DNA of 64,000 nucleotides. Origin: Epiperipatus broadwayi (lineage: Eukaryota > Animalia > Onychophora). The stretch covers positions 29,760,001-29,824,000 of the forward strand of contig JAQFVV010000001.1 in NCBI GenBank assembly GCA_028023455.1. The letters are read 5' to 3'. A program made the translations under genes and the position numbers. Below, piece after piece: positions 23,731-37,639 of this stretch (its first letter is position 1; each line of letters starts with the position of its first letter). Below the pieces are notes generated by a model that made no database searches, had not been told where the DNA came from, and saw only the letters and a list, made by a program, of their open reading frames with translations.

Positions 23731-24402
23731 TGCCTGGCATACCAGATTTTATCTAAAAGAAAAAGATTAATAGTAGAGTTATTTCTTATATTTAAGAGAT
23801 AAATAAAAATGATGAATAGGCATATAATCAAAATGAAATATTTTTCATCTAAATTAATCATTGTATTTCCATTTAGTTGGGGGAATTTTGAAGAATTATT
23901 TCATCTTATGTTTTTTTTTGTCAAAATGTTAATTATTAAACTTATTAAAAAAAATACATTCCTTAAGAAATAATATGAAAATTCCAAACATGTGAATATT
24001 TACAGTTAGTTAGGGATAGTTATAAAAGAAAAAGAAGAGCATAAGAAAAAGTGTAACCTAAATATTAATAAATTTTTTCTCTCTTCTGTATTTTTACCTA
24101 TCTAATAGATTTTAACTTTTAAAAAAATAATAAAAGATAAATAGATGAAATTTTAAATAATGCCTATCAGTTGTTTTTTTTTTTTTAAAAATAAAGTTTT
24201 GTTGTTTTAAATAAATTAAAGTTGATTTTTTTTCTATTTCTAAAATAAAATGTAATGTTGTTCAAATCAAAGTATAATTAAAGGATTATTTATCTCTAGT
24301 AATTAAAAAAAAAAAAAATAACAGGAGGAATTTTTCAATAAATAGGGTATGCTTAGAAAAGCTGAGTATCACCATAGTTTAAACTGTTTCACTGGGTATT
24401 AA

Positions 24403-25417
24403 TCCTTTAGACATGCGTGCCGCTGCTTGATGACAGTTTGGACTTCTTAATTTTATTATGTTTTTTAATTTTTGTTAACAATGCGCTTTTTTTTTTAATT
24501 TCTTATTTTTATTACATTTTTTTGTAATTGTTTTTGTCTTAACATCATTTTACCTTTTTAAAACAATATTTTTTCATAATTCAGACACACACACACACAT
24601 AAACAGCAATGAAAAGTTTTTTTTTTTTTTAATTAATCAAAACACAAAACAAATTTGTTTTTTGTTATAACATTTTTTTACCTTTATAAAACACATTATT
24701 TTTGTATAATACAGACACACACACACACTTCAATACACAAAAAGAGCAATGAAAAATCATTTAGTTTTTTATTACTGAAACCACAAAACAAATTTCAAAT
24801 GACATCAACAATCAAACTGGGCCCGCCGCATTTGACGGCAAGGTCTGGCTTCCAGGCTATAACGGCACAGCTCACGCAGCCCATTGTTCCAATACAATAC
24901 GACATTCTTGGATAAGCCTTCTACTGTCAACTGTTCGCGGCTCCACTAATGACGGCAAATCTTTCAAGTGGGCAATGTGGTTGCTAAAATGCGCCATTTT
25001 TTTGGTCTCGACTAGGTTATCACAAAGACATTAATTTACGCATAACCTCCTCCCAATTAGGTTCCTCCCTACCTTTGGACTATGTTTGTCACCTTCAAAT
25101 TTGTCTTCAGGACGGTCTTAACTTTGGACAATTTCATCTTAGTCAAATTGTGTGATTTCCATTTTCAAAAAAAAAAAAAATCAAATTCAAAACTTTCAAA
25201 CACTTAAAATTCACATACCATCACATAAGACAGCAGCAAAATGTTATGTGTGAGAATTGTCATAAAGTAATTCACGAAACACAATGCAATGCCTACAAGG
25301 TCTAATACAACATACAGGGTGTATTAGACATAACTACATGTCTGCGGCCACTTAAACAGCATTTTTATGTGATTTTAACATAAACAATGCCATCAAGCAG
25401 CGTGCATGGCTAAAGAA
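24403..25417 (-). mobile_element. Non-autonomous piggyBac-like element
   Basis: TTAA at 24399-24402 and 25418-25421. Imperfect TIRs: tcctttagacatgcgtgccgctgcttgatgacagtttg versus the reverse complement ttctttagccatgcacgctgcttgatggcattgttt. GC-richer interior with faint Cys-rich remnants on the minus strand. Confidence 0.7.
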
Positions 25418-26449
25418 TTAATATCTTTCACTGAAAAGTAAATACCCTGGGAGATATCTGCATTAAACCTTGAGTCCATACAAAAGCATGACTGTCTTAA
25501 CTTCTCTTTAAGAAGACCAAAAAATTATATTGTAAAATGAATGATAATTTTAGCTTATCCTCACCTCTCCTGAATATTATTATATTGTAAAATGAATAAA
25601 TTTAACTTCATTAACATACCCAAGAAATTTGTGCTAATTTGGAATTTATCATCGTAATGGAAATTTGAAGCTATAAGAAGAAAAAATTAATGGTAGAACT
25701 TCTATAAGAGATTATTTAAACAACACTTGAAACTAAGAATGAAAACTAGAAGGAAAGAAACTGAAAACTATAACTACAAAAGGACTAATAGATACAAATC
25801 CATGATAAAAAAGGTATTATAGTATAAAAATTTATATTTCCAATTTTTAATATAAATAATAATTGATAATAATAATTTTAATTTTTTTTTATTGAAATAT
25901 GTTACTATCTTCTATCCCAAAATATAAAGAGTGTGTGGAACTTTTCCATTTTCATAAGAAAAGAGGAAGATTTTAGCTAATCTTACATTTTTTATCTCTT
26001 ATTGTAAAATGTTGTTTTCAGTTTTAATTACTGGAGAGAATAAACCAGAAAATAAATGTTAATTAATTAGAAAGAGTCAATAGGAAATAACCTTGTTTGC
26101 TACATGAAATTATATTTATTTTATGGACTTTGTTAGATTTGGAATTATCATATTTTTAAAAATTTTCTTATTTATTATTCATTTAGTAAATTTTATTAAA
26201 TAATTGTTAAAAAAATAAGTTTCTGAAAAGTATTTTTTGTGTGAATGTCTTTATTCCCACCAGGTATGTTCTATAAATGGGCAATGTGTGCATGTGACTT
26301 AATTTCATCATAGCATAATGCTTTACGAGATTTTAAAATTATCCCAGTAAAACTATTGAAGGAAAATTGGATTAAATGTAAGCATTTGCAATTTCTCTTG
26401 TCCACTTTCACAGTTTCTAGGGTCTTTGTGATCTTGAGCTAGCTTGAGA

Positions 26450-26957
26450 GCAATAATGATTAATTTGTATATGTGGAAGTATATATTTGTTTAGATATCC
26501 AGATGGTTCTATGATTGGCAGAGATCAAGATCACAATTAAAGTTTATTCACTGCACTTTATTTACACAGATTAAATTAGTTTATAGTTGGTCTGTACACT
26601 CATAGTATCAAATGGCCATAGCATTGATAATGATCAGCATGAATCAGTATCCCAGCATTTATTTTATGAGATACTTTCACACATAAGTATGTGCATGCAG
26701 ATGGTTGTTTTATATTATGCCCTGGAGTTTAGCATTGGCTAGATATTGGCCTACATCTTGATAATGAACCTTTTTTTGATTGTCACAAGGTTATGTAACT
26801 TATAATTGTTGTAACTACTTATTTTATACCAATTCTCTCAGGCTCATTTTATATTTTTTTGATGACTATTCATTGATAATGTTAATTGTGATGATTGATA
26901 TTTTATGGGGATGATGATGCCACACCTCATATTACCCCTTCATTAGTTCTGTTACAG
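26450..26957. repeat. Dispersed LTR-like repeat family, diverged copy
   Basis: atcaaatggccatagcattgataatgatcagcatg aligns with actaaatggccagagcactgatgatgatcatcatg at about 485. Ends in gttaca. Confidence 0.55.
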
Positions 26958-29900
26958 ATGACTATAAGAATCCTCAATATGTTGACATCACTTGATAACA
27001 AAAAAAATTCAATGAATAAGTGCTAGTAAACTGACTCAAAAACTTATGTATTTAAGAAAGAGCTCATTTTGATATAAAACATACAATTGTGAATTCACTC
27101 ATCTATCATGAGTCTTTTTAAGAGATTAACACTAAATGGTATATAGTTTTAAGCAATTACTTTAGATATTCATTGAAAGAGTATAATATAAAGAATTCTT
27201 TCAAAGTAGCAACAATATTTAATTTTTTTAACAATGAATTTTTTTAATGCATTATGGTATATATATATATATACACATTTAGATTATTCTGAAATTATTC
27301 CTATGTTAAACTATTTAATTTATTGGAGTGATCTTAGTTTTAAACAAATAAGCTCAAAAAGGCTCAAGAACTAATCATAAATTAGATGAAATACTTTTAT
27401 TAGCTGCTATTTGAAAATATAATGATGTTAATCTTAAATGATTGAAATGAAATTGTATGAAAAGTTATTTTGAAAGATTAATTAAAATAGTGAGCTAGCT
27501 CTATAAACAAGATGACTATATCATTTTAACTTCTTTTTATAAATGAGAAATATAAAGACATTTTGGAAATATATAATTGGGCATATCCTGTGAATAATAG
27601 CCAGGTTACAAGAAAATTACATATTTTATGACACATAGCAAACAAATGAAAACACGTAGTAGTTTTTAATAATTGTTATAAAGTAAAACTGTTCTTGTAT
27701 CAATCACAATCAATTATTATTAAATGCCTATTGTGCATAGACAAAAGTGTTTTAATGTAATATTGTAAGGTTACGAGGGAATCATCCTTCTAATAATTCA
27801 AAGTTGACTTCCAACTCTCACTAAACTGTAACAGAACAATGCTAGTGATTATTTATTGATCAAAAATTTTCCGATAAAATCAATCCTAAAAAAAGTTTAT
27901 AAATTTGGAAGTACTTGGTCAGATTTTTTTGTTATTAGTTAAAATATCATTTATCAGAATATATCAAGAGTTTGCAGCTAATGAAGTAATGGAATAATTA
28001 TATAATCTGCATTGCTATATTTTTTAATAATAATATCAACTACTAATACTATATAATAGTAAAGATTTCTTATTTGAATTATTATGTCATTTTGCATTAT
28101 GAAAGTTAAGAAATCTGCAACTGAAAATTATTAGTAAGCAATTTTATCTTTATATGAGTTATTATTATCTGATAATCTCATTATTACCTATTACTAATAT
28201 AACATATTTTGCATAAATAGTAGCTTCAAAATGCTGAATTAATAATTTTTAATAAAATTTCTAATAGTAATAGTATTAAAATCTTATTCTGTCATATGAT
28301 TATAATTAATATTCAATTTTATCAAAACACTTTGTTGTTAAAAAAAAGATATGAATATATAAAAAGTAGTTTCTAGTTTTAATAATTTTCTTTCATGGCA
28401 TTAAAGAAACAAAATGAATTGTAAAACTGAATTGTTTTATTCTAGGATCTAGTGTCAATTTGAGATAGAATTGTGTAACAATAAATCAGGTAGATCACTT
28501 GGTTGTCTGTTAAATCAAGTATTTGACTTCTAATAATGTACTAACTAGCAATTAAAAAATATATTTTGCATTTTAACACTAAGACTGAAAATTATGTGTA
28601 GACAAATATTTATGCAAGAGATAATTTCAAACAGAACAACATATTTAGACACCAAGCAGTTATACAAAAGATAAAGCAGTTATATTAAGAAAAATCATTT
28701 TACTGATTTTGCTATCAAATTGCAAAAGCATATCTAAAAAGTTTTGGTTAAAATCCCTCTGTGCATGAGATTAGATATAGGTGAAGTAGATGTTTTAAAA
28801 ATCCTTGTGGAATAGTGACTGGTTTGAATTCAGCCAAATGAATCTTGAAATTTTTTTCTGGTCATAAACAGTCTTGGGATTTTTCTTTCATATAGATGAC
28901 TTATAGTCAACTAAGCTATACATTCAATAATGGTCAGAAATGGTTATTTAGCTATTAAGATTTGTGTTAATTTATATTTTTCAGATAAATGTTGATGGGT
29001 AAGCAGATGATTGTTTTATATTATGCCCTGGAGTTTAGCATTGGCTAGATATTGGTCCACAGCTTGATATTGAACCTTTTTTAGATTATCACAAGGTTAT
29101 GTAACTTATACCAATTCTCTCAGGCTCATTATATATTTTTTGATGACTATTCATTGATAATGTTAATTGAGATGATTGATATTTTATGGGGATGATGATG
29201 ATGCCACACCTCATATTACCCCTTCATTTGTTCTGTTACAGATGACTATAAGAATCCTCAATATGTTGGCATCATTTGATAAGAAAAGAAATTCAATGAA
29301 TATGTGCTAGTAAACTGACTCAAAAACTTTTGTATTTAAGAAAGAGCTCATCTTGATATAAAACATTGTGAATTCACTCATCTATTATGAGTCTTTTTAA
29401 GAGATTAACACTAAATGGTATATAGTTTTAAGCAATTACTTTAGATATTCATTGAAAGAGTATAATATAAAGAATTCTTTCAAAGTAGCAACAATATTTA
29501 ATTTTTTTAACAATGGATTTTTTTTTAATGCATTACGGTATATATACATTTAATTTATTAGAGTGACCTTAGTTTTAAACAAATATGGCCAGAAAAGCTG
29601 AAGAACTAATTATAAATTAGATGAAATACTTTTATTAGCTGTTATTTGAAAATATAATGATTTTAATCTTAGATGATTGAAATGAAATTGTATAAAAAGT
29701 TATTTTGAAAGGTTAATTAACATAGCGAGATAGCTCTATAAACAAGATGATTATATCATTTTAACTTCTTTTTATAAATGAGAAACATAAATACATTTTG
29801 AAAATACATAATTGGACATATCCTGCCAATAATAGCCAGGTTACAAGAAAATTACATATTTTATGACATATAGCAAACAAATGAAAACAGTATTTAGATT

Positions 29901-31209
29901 AAGCTGATGTAGTCGTTTTTAATGACTGTTATAAAGTAAGACTGTTCTTGCATCAATCACAATCAATTATTAGTTAAATGCCTATTGTGCATAGACAAAG
30001 TGTTTTGATGTAATATTGTAAGATTACGACTGAATCATCCTTCTAATAATTCAAAGTTGACTTCCAACTCTCACTAAACTGTAACAGAACAATGTTAGTG
30101 AATATTTATTGATAAAAATTTTTCCAATAAAATCAATCCTAAAAAAAGTTTATAAATTTGGAAGGATTCTCGGTCAAATTTTTTTTTTATTAGTCAAAAT
30201 ATCATTTATCAGAATAAATCAAAAGTTTGTAGCTATTGAAATAATGGAATAATTATATAATCTGCATTCCTATACTTTTTAATAATAATATCAACTACCA
30301 TTACTGTATACTAGTAAAGATTTCTTATTTGAATTATTATGCCATTTTGCATTTGAAATTTAAGATATCTGCAACTGAATATTATTATTAACAAATTTTA
30401 TCTTTATATGAGTTATTATTATCTGATAATCTTATTATTACCTATTACTAATATAACATATTTTGCATAGATAGTAGCTTCAAAATGCTTAATTAATAAT
30501 TTTTAATAAAATTTCTAATAGTAATAGTGTTAAAATCTTATTCTGTTATATGATTATAATTAATATTCAATTTTATCAAAACATTTTGTTGCTAAAAGAA
30601 AGATATGAGTATATAAAATGTAGTTTCTAGTTTTAATAATTTTCTTTCATGACATTAAAGAAACAAAATCAATTATAAAACTGAATTGTTTTATTCTAGG
30701 ATCTAGTGTCAATTTGAAATAGAATTGTGTAACAATAAATCAGGTAGAGTACTGACTTCTAATAATGTACTAACTAGCAATTAAAAAAAAATATATTTTG
30801 CATTTTAACACTAAGACTGAAAATTATGTGCAGACAAATACATATACAAGCGATAATTTCAAACAGAACAATATATTTAGACACCAAGCAGTTATATTAA
30901 GAAAAATCATTTTACTGATTTTGCTATCAAATTGCAAAAGCATATCTAAAATGTTTTGGTTAAAATACCTCTGTGCATGAGATTAGATATAGGTGAAGTA
31001 TATGTTTTAAAGATCCTTGTGTAATAGTGATTGGTTTGAATTCAGCCAAATGAATCTTGACATTTTTTTCTGGCCATAAACAATCTTGGAATTTTTCTTT
31101 CATATAGATGACTTATAGTCAACTAAGCTATACATTCAATAATGGTCAGTTATGGTTATTTAGCTATTAAGATTTGTGTTAATTTATATTTGTCAGATGA
31201 ATGTTAATG
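26697..31209. repeat. Tandem segmental duplication, about 2.3-kb unit x2
   Basis: gcagat(g/a)gttgttttatattatgccctggagtttagc starts at both 26697 and 29003 (period 2306). Colinear throughout, roughly 90% identity by eye, with small indels. Confidence 0.95.
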
Positions 31210-34200
31210 AACTTATTGTAAAAAAAAAAAAAAAGATGCATCATTCATTAAAATCCTAAGGGAAGTGTTGTGTTGCTACAGTGGAGATACTATGGTTACC
31301 TTTATGCTAGTTGTTTTGAAAATTTTGATATTTTAGCCAAACATTTTAATCTAATAAAATTTAATACAACACTAAAGATGTTGAAATTTAAAATCCTATT
31401 TTAATTCTAATAACTTTCTACAAATTGAATTATATAAATATCTAGATTTATTAATATTATTATTATTCAAATGGATTTTTGTTTTGAGAAGAATTAAGAT
31501 ATCCATTCTAATATTTCAACTACATTAGTTTGCAATTTTCATTGGTTAATTCAATTTATTATTAATTGTTGTGATCATGATTGAATCCATCCATTATTGT
31601 TTTATCATACTTATTCTTTCTTTTTTCCTTCTTCTCTAAAATCATAGTAATTCTACAATTTCATTAAACACAGCAAATGAATTTAAAAAACTCTTTACAT
31701 CTGCAGCAATCAAAAAATGAGTAATTTCAAGTGTCTCCACTTATTTACATTGAGTGCCTGAACTTACTTGATGAAATCATTTTAATTTCATTCTAAGTAA
31801 TTAACTGAGAAATAGAAACAAAAAAAAAATCAGCTTTGTGAGAAAATTATTCTAATATTTAAATAGTAAGTTTGACCACCATGTAGTCAAGAGTGACAAG
31901 AAACAACATCAAAAATCAAATATAACTGTTAAACATAATTGACAAATAAAAGAGCAAGTGATAATATGTTCAAAAGAACAAAAACAATAACAAATATAGA
32001 TAAGATAAGCAATTTAATAATTAAATAATTGTCAGTCTTTAACAAATTACAAGCTAAATCCGGAGTATCGAATTTGGGCAATAGCTGAAGATTGAGTTCA
32101 TTGCATTCAGCAAAAGCAGATTCATTATCAATGACTTTCTTTCCACAATTATTTACTATTAGTCTAATTTCTTTTATTTGCAAGGAGAGTACATGATCAA
32201 ATCTATAACATTTTTGGCATTAACCAGTGTCATATTTTTGGATCTTAAGCTCAACTCTTTCACTTAAAAAAATATTTTTACTTTTTTTTTTTTATAATGT
32301 CTAAAACACACATCCTGAATCATTATTATTTTGCATAAGTTTACTTTAAATTCTATTTTTAATTTTATGCAAAGTGTTTGAAAAAAGCTGCTATTTCATA
32401 TTAATGATTTTAGCAATATTTCTACCAAATAAGTTGCAGATCCTTTGGTATATAGTAAAATTTTATCATTTATTATTTATATAAACTTAAAAAAAAATCT
32501 TTCCATGAAGAATGCATTCAACTGATATAATCTAGAAACTCTAAGTAATTATAGACACTGAACTTGACATAATTAAACTATTTATTCTATAAATTTCCAC
32601 TACCATGATTGTGAGAAGTTATTAATTATGACAATCTTAATAAAAATAAACTCGGGTAGCTTTTTATTAATATTACTTTTTATATTCTTAGTTTCTGATT
32701 CTTTTTTATTTTTGGTTCAATGATAACAATTTACAAAGAGGCTAAACTCTCCATACAGTAGCACCACCACTCAGTGCAAGCCAGAGTAATCAATGGATGC
32801 AAGAAAGTTTGTGCATAAAATCATTCACATATATAGTATTACATGTTTCATAATTTTAAAAAATATATATGATTAGTTAAGTAGATTTCAAAATGCAATT
32901 TTATAAAATAAAAAGATTGCTTATATTTTGCTTTTAAAATATAATAAAACTATTTGTTAAAAAGCGGGGGGGGGGGAGAAATCTAAAATAAAAAGATTTA
33001 AAACACTCTCCCTTTTAAAGAAAACTCTTTTTGTTGCATAAAGTAAAAATAAGTTAAAAGAATAAATAAGTAAATACAGAAAGTTAAAATAAAATCAGTT
33101 TGTAAAAGTAAAAACTTTTGAAAATGCAATTAGTTTCAAAGATTAATTAATTTGGAATGCTAATAAGATTTCTGATTGATAATGATATTGAAATTGTATT
33201 AATTAAAAAACTATGCAAACTATCAATGAGATAGTATATTAATCTAAGCAAAAGATTAGATTAAAGCAAATGTAAAAATAATAAAAAAAAAAACAGTATT
33301 AAGTTAAGATCAAAATTAAAAATAATAACAAGGAATTAAAAACAATGAGAGAAAAGGGTATATAAAGTTGCTGTGGTCTATTGTTATTTAGTCAGGGCTG
33401 CAATCTGTAATTGAGTCAGGTCTGCAATCTGTTACATCATTCCACTTTTGAATCTGTAGTTTAGTCCAGTCGGAATCCAGTCAGTTCGGATTATTATTAT
33501 TCAACTTGGACAGAAGGCAGAATATTCGAAAATTGTAAATGCAGTAGTAAGCAAGGCAATTACTGCTGCGATTAATATCAATGCAGAAGCCACAGAACAA
33601 TCATAGGAGTGTTCAACAACTTCAGGCCCCAATATCTATGGCTAAAATCAATTGTACTCGTGGGGAGGCAACACCTGGAGCAAATACCTAAACCCTAAAG
33701 GAGATTATGCCACATACCCCCCTCCCACTGTTGAACCAAAGAAATGAAGACTAGCACTGGAACCATCGATGAAACCAAAAGGCCAACCAGTTGGAAAATA
33801 CACACAAATGAAATCCTAGGTAAAGATACTTTAAATAACTAAATAGACACTTGATTTTAAATGAAATGAACTTTAATGAATGACTGTCATAACTATAGCC
33901 TAAAGTTATCATTTATATTTTCTTATATAGAAAATTTATTATGTTAAGTATATATTTATGTATAAATAATGTTTTCTTAAGTATTAGTTGGTCTATTCTC
34001 TCTCTCTCTCTTGTCACTGCATCACCACTAAATTAAGAATATAGTTATTATTTTTATATATTAAGTAAATGTGCTGGATCCTGGTTAAGAGTAAGAGCTA
34101 GCCATGGGATATTTTAAGCACTGGATAGTGTGCCTGTCATCCAAAGCATGCTGATTATATAACCTAATTTCAGATGGCACCTGAGGTTGATCCTCAAAAC

Positions 34201-36519
34201 AAATAAAATGCTTTAGATAGCAGGAGTTTGAATCCAGCAGTCGAGGCGATCCACGATCTGGAAATGTGATCATGTTATGCTTTGCATGGCTCGATCTGGC
34301 CATTGGTATCGTTGATGGCTATGCTATCAATGGTATTCTCCCCTCTACTTGAAGGGCTGGTCTATTTCTGTGTTTTTTTAAAAATTATTATAGAAGGTAT
34401 TTAAACCCAGATAAATAATTTATTTGGGGACTCGGTTCAATAAAGAATGGAGATCATGTGATGTTTAGTGGTTTAAAAACAATTTACATGTATACGACAT
34501 TACCAATTAGTAAAGAAATCATTTTTATTTGATTTGGAATTTCAAGGTTAACTAATGAAAACTTGGATAAATATTGAAATTTCCTTAATACTCATCAGAT
34601 TGGCACAGTTAATTTTTGAATATATACTTAATATTAAAGTTTAGAACATTTTGTATTTATTTCATATTTTGTTCTTATTTAATTATCTTAAAAAACTGCA
34701 GAAATATTTTTTTTTTGATTAAAATAAATTTAAAAATAGAATTAAAATCTATAAAAACATAATTTTTAACAATAACATGCAAACTGGGAATAACTGCAGT
34801 TTTAAAACATAGATAATTACTATAGAGAAATTAACATATGGCTGTTTAACATCTTTTAACAAATCCACATTCAGCTGTAACAAAATAAATCATGGACACA
34901 ATATATTATGCTGTCTTCTTTATTACTGATAAAGACTATATTATTTTATGATTAAATTTCAATTTTACTATCTGCAGAATGATATTCATTTGACGAATAT
35001 AAATAATCTGAAAATCTTTACTATGCAGTTATGAATAGGTAGATACTTATTAATAACCAAAACTGATGCCTATTTAGGATACTTATAAGCTGACTATCTG
35101 AAAAATTGCAAACACATATAATAACTCAGTTAACTATTAAAATTTTCAAATTTCACTAACCATAAGTCTTATTAATATATATTCAAATAAAAAATTAAAA
35201 AAAAATTTCATGAAGGAATAAAGCATTAAGTACAGTATACAATTATTTATTATTCATAAAAAATTAAAATGTGCAAATATGAAACAATTCAATATTTACA
35301 ATTTGTAACTTACTAAATATGATTCCTGTGGCTAAAAATCTTTATATGAAGTCAACATTTTCCAAAATAAACTATTTTTAAAAATAGAAATGATAAACTG
35401 ACAAAAAAAAAACAATTTTCATTTAGATATTTTTTTAAATATCTTTATTTTATTTCAGTAAATGAAAAGAATGTATTGCAATATAAATATGCTATATATT
35501 TATATAATATAATATAAATATACACAATAATTAAAAAGAAAAAACCTGCTTTTGTAAGCCAAATTATAATAAAAATAATATTATTTTATAAATTAATTTT
35601 TACTTTATTCAGAAGAGAGCAGCAGTATCCATCTCAAAAAATTTTGAAATCTCATAAAAAAAAAAAAAACCTCTTTATTTAATGGCAAAGAAACAAAAAT
35701 TTATAACTACTTAAAAATTGGTTCATTAAAACAATATTACACAGTAGAATTAAAAATGATTTATTTTCTGTATGCTTAGTAAAAATAGCTTTTGTGAAAT
35801 TTAAACAATTTCTACAATACAAATTTAATTAATTCATAATATTGAAGGATTAGATTAATTAGATAATAATGAAGTCTGCTAAGGCAACTGGAGAAAAAAG
35901 CATCTAAAAAATCTGTAGGATTTAAAGAAAATAACTGAGACACCAACAATATCTTTAATAGTAGAGTGAAACATTAATGTAATCAAGAACTATTGATATT
36001 CTTTGGAGGATGAAATTATATAACATTTAAATAGTATCTATATAAATAAAACAATCAAAACATCACATGATCACCATTTCATATGTTTTTCATATGGAGA
36101 GTTTGATACACTTATTATCTATATAAATATTAAGATATTCATCATAAGAAAAAGCCTTCAATTTTCTAAGTATATTATTAGAAAAAATCAACAACTTGGT
36201 CAAGCATTGCTTAGAAATTCAATTTCTTAAATAATCACGAGACTGTAAAAGCTAAATGATATGTATAAAACATCATTCTTCGATTCCTCAAACACGGTGA
36301 TCTATAGAAAGCAGAACATTATCATAAAAAAAAAAAAATGAAAATATTGAGTTAATATTACTAATCCATTAAAATGTTCAGTCTTTTGATTTTAAGGTGA
36401 TATATTTACATAGAGTTAACAATGAGAATATACTATAAGAATGCCAGTTTAAACAAGCTCAAAAAAACTAAGTTGTGATTATTCATTCCAAACATATCTC
36501 TAGCTTTCAATTCATCAGA

Positions 36520-37040
36520 ATATTATGAAAGGATCTACAACTAATAGCAAACAAATCTATTTTTGAAGAATTTTTTTTCAAACTTCAATGGATAATTCGT
36601 TGCCAAAAGAAGTTGTGATACCACAGCATCAGCACTGTAGCATTTACATCAGAAAAAAGCAGTTTTAAAGTGGCAGCTCAGCCATAAAAACTGTTCTTAT
36701 ATAGCTTAGGATGGAGTTTTATAAAATAAGAGTATTAAAATGTTTAGTGATTTTGATATGATCCTTCCTAATATCAGTAGGATTTTTCAGTGAGCATTGA
36801 TTTTCAACTAGTTAGTTCTAGTAATCATTCTTCTCTCAGCTTTCATGAATGCAATCATCATTGGCAAAATTATTGACTGAGAAATAATAATAAGTTCTTC
36901 AATTTTTAAGATTGATGCTTCGGATTATCAGACATTAACAATATGACTTCTTCTAAATGTTATATTACTTGTAAGCTATATATCTCATGTCAATTTCTCA
37001 TGATGTTCTTTATTACCTAACACAGATTTCTATGCCTTTA
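36520..37040 (-). mobile_element. Possible hAT (TTF zinc-finger type) remnant adjoining the Gypsy insertion
   Basis: The minus frame gives EQFLWLSCHFKTAFF*CKC, resembling the F.WL.....AFC..C TTF motif. Heavily broken. Confidence 0.25.
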
Positions 37041-37050
37041 TCTATAAAGT

Positions 37051-37603
37051 TGCTGTGTCCACAGGGAGTTTTAACTCAGCTGTGGTAGCATAAAGAAATA
37101 AATATACAACTAGGTAAAAGTAATAAAATATTAGTTTAATTATTAATACAATAGACATAAACAGCCTGCATACACGTATAACTAAGGTTGATAACACATC
37201 CTTTAATTAGAATTTGCAATGAATATAAATATATAATTCAGCGTTTAGCAAAAAGCACATTATACGTAGTTATTAGTTTACTGAACTTAGAACTGTCTTA
37301 TTCTTTCTCATATAGTCTACTTACGTAGAAATAGAAGTAAGAACTTCAGGAATGATTCCCAATTTAGTATTTCTCTTTAGTAGGTTCTATAACTGTAACC
37401 ATAATTTCAGTTTGTTAAATAAAAGACCGTTGTCTTATTAACCTTTTTAGAACAGACACGTAACTATAGAAACCAAACCTTATTACCGCACAGAATCCAC
37501 TAGAAGCTCTTCAATCGACTTCTCATTTAATTAATACAGTTAATTTACTTTAACTTTATTAAAGTACGTATATATATATATATATATATGTTTATATATT
37601 ACA
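37051..37603 (-). repeat. 3' LTR (553 bp)
   Basis: Follows the polypurine tract agagtaggaggagatatg on the minus strand and matches the 5' LTR. Confidence 0.95.
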
Positions 37604-37639
37604 CATATCTCCTCCTACTCTAGAAAATAATCACTAAAT

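Noticed and set aside
33361-33375. 15-mer tataaagttgctgtg identical to the Gypsy junction at 37043-37057
   Set aside because: About one such match is expected by chance in 64 kb of AT-rich DNA, and the flanks do not align.
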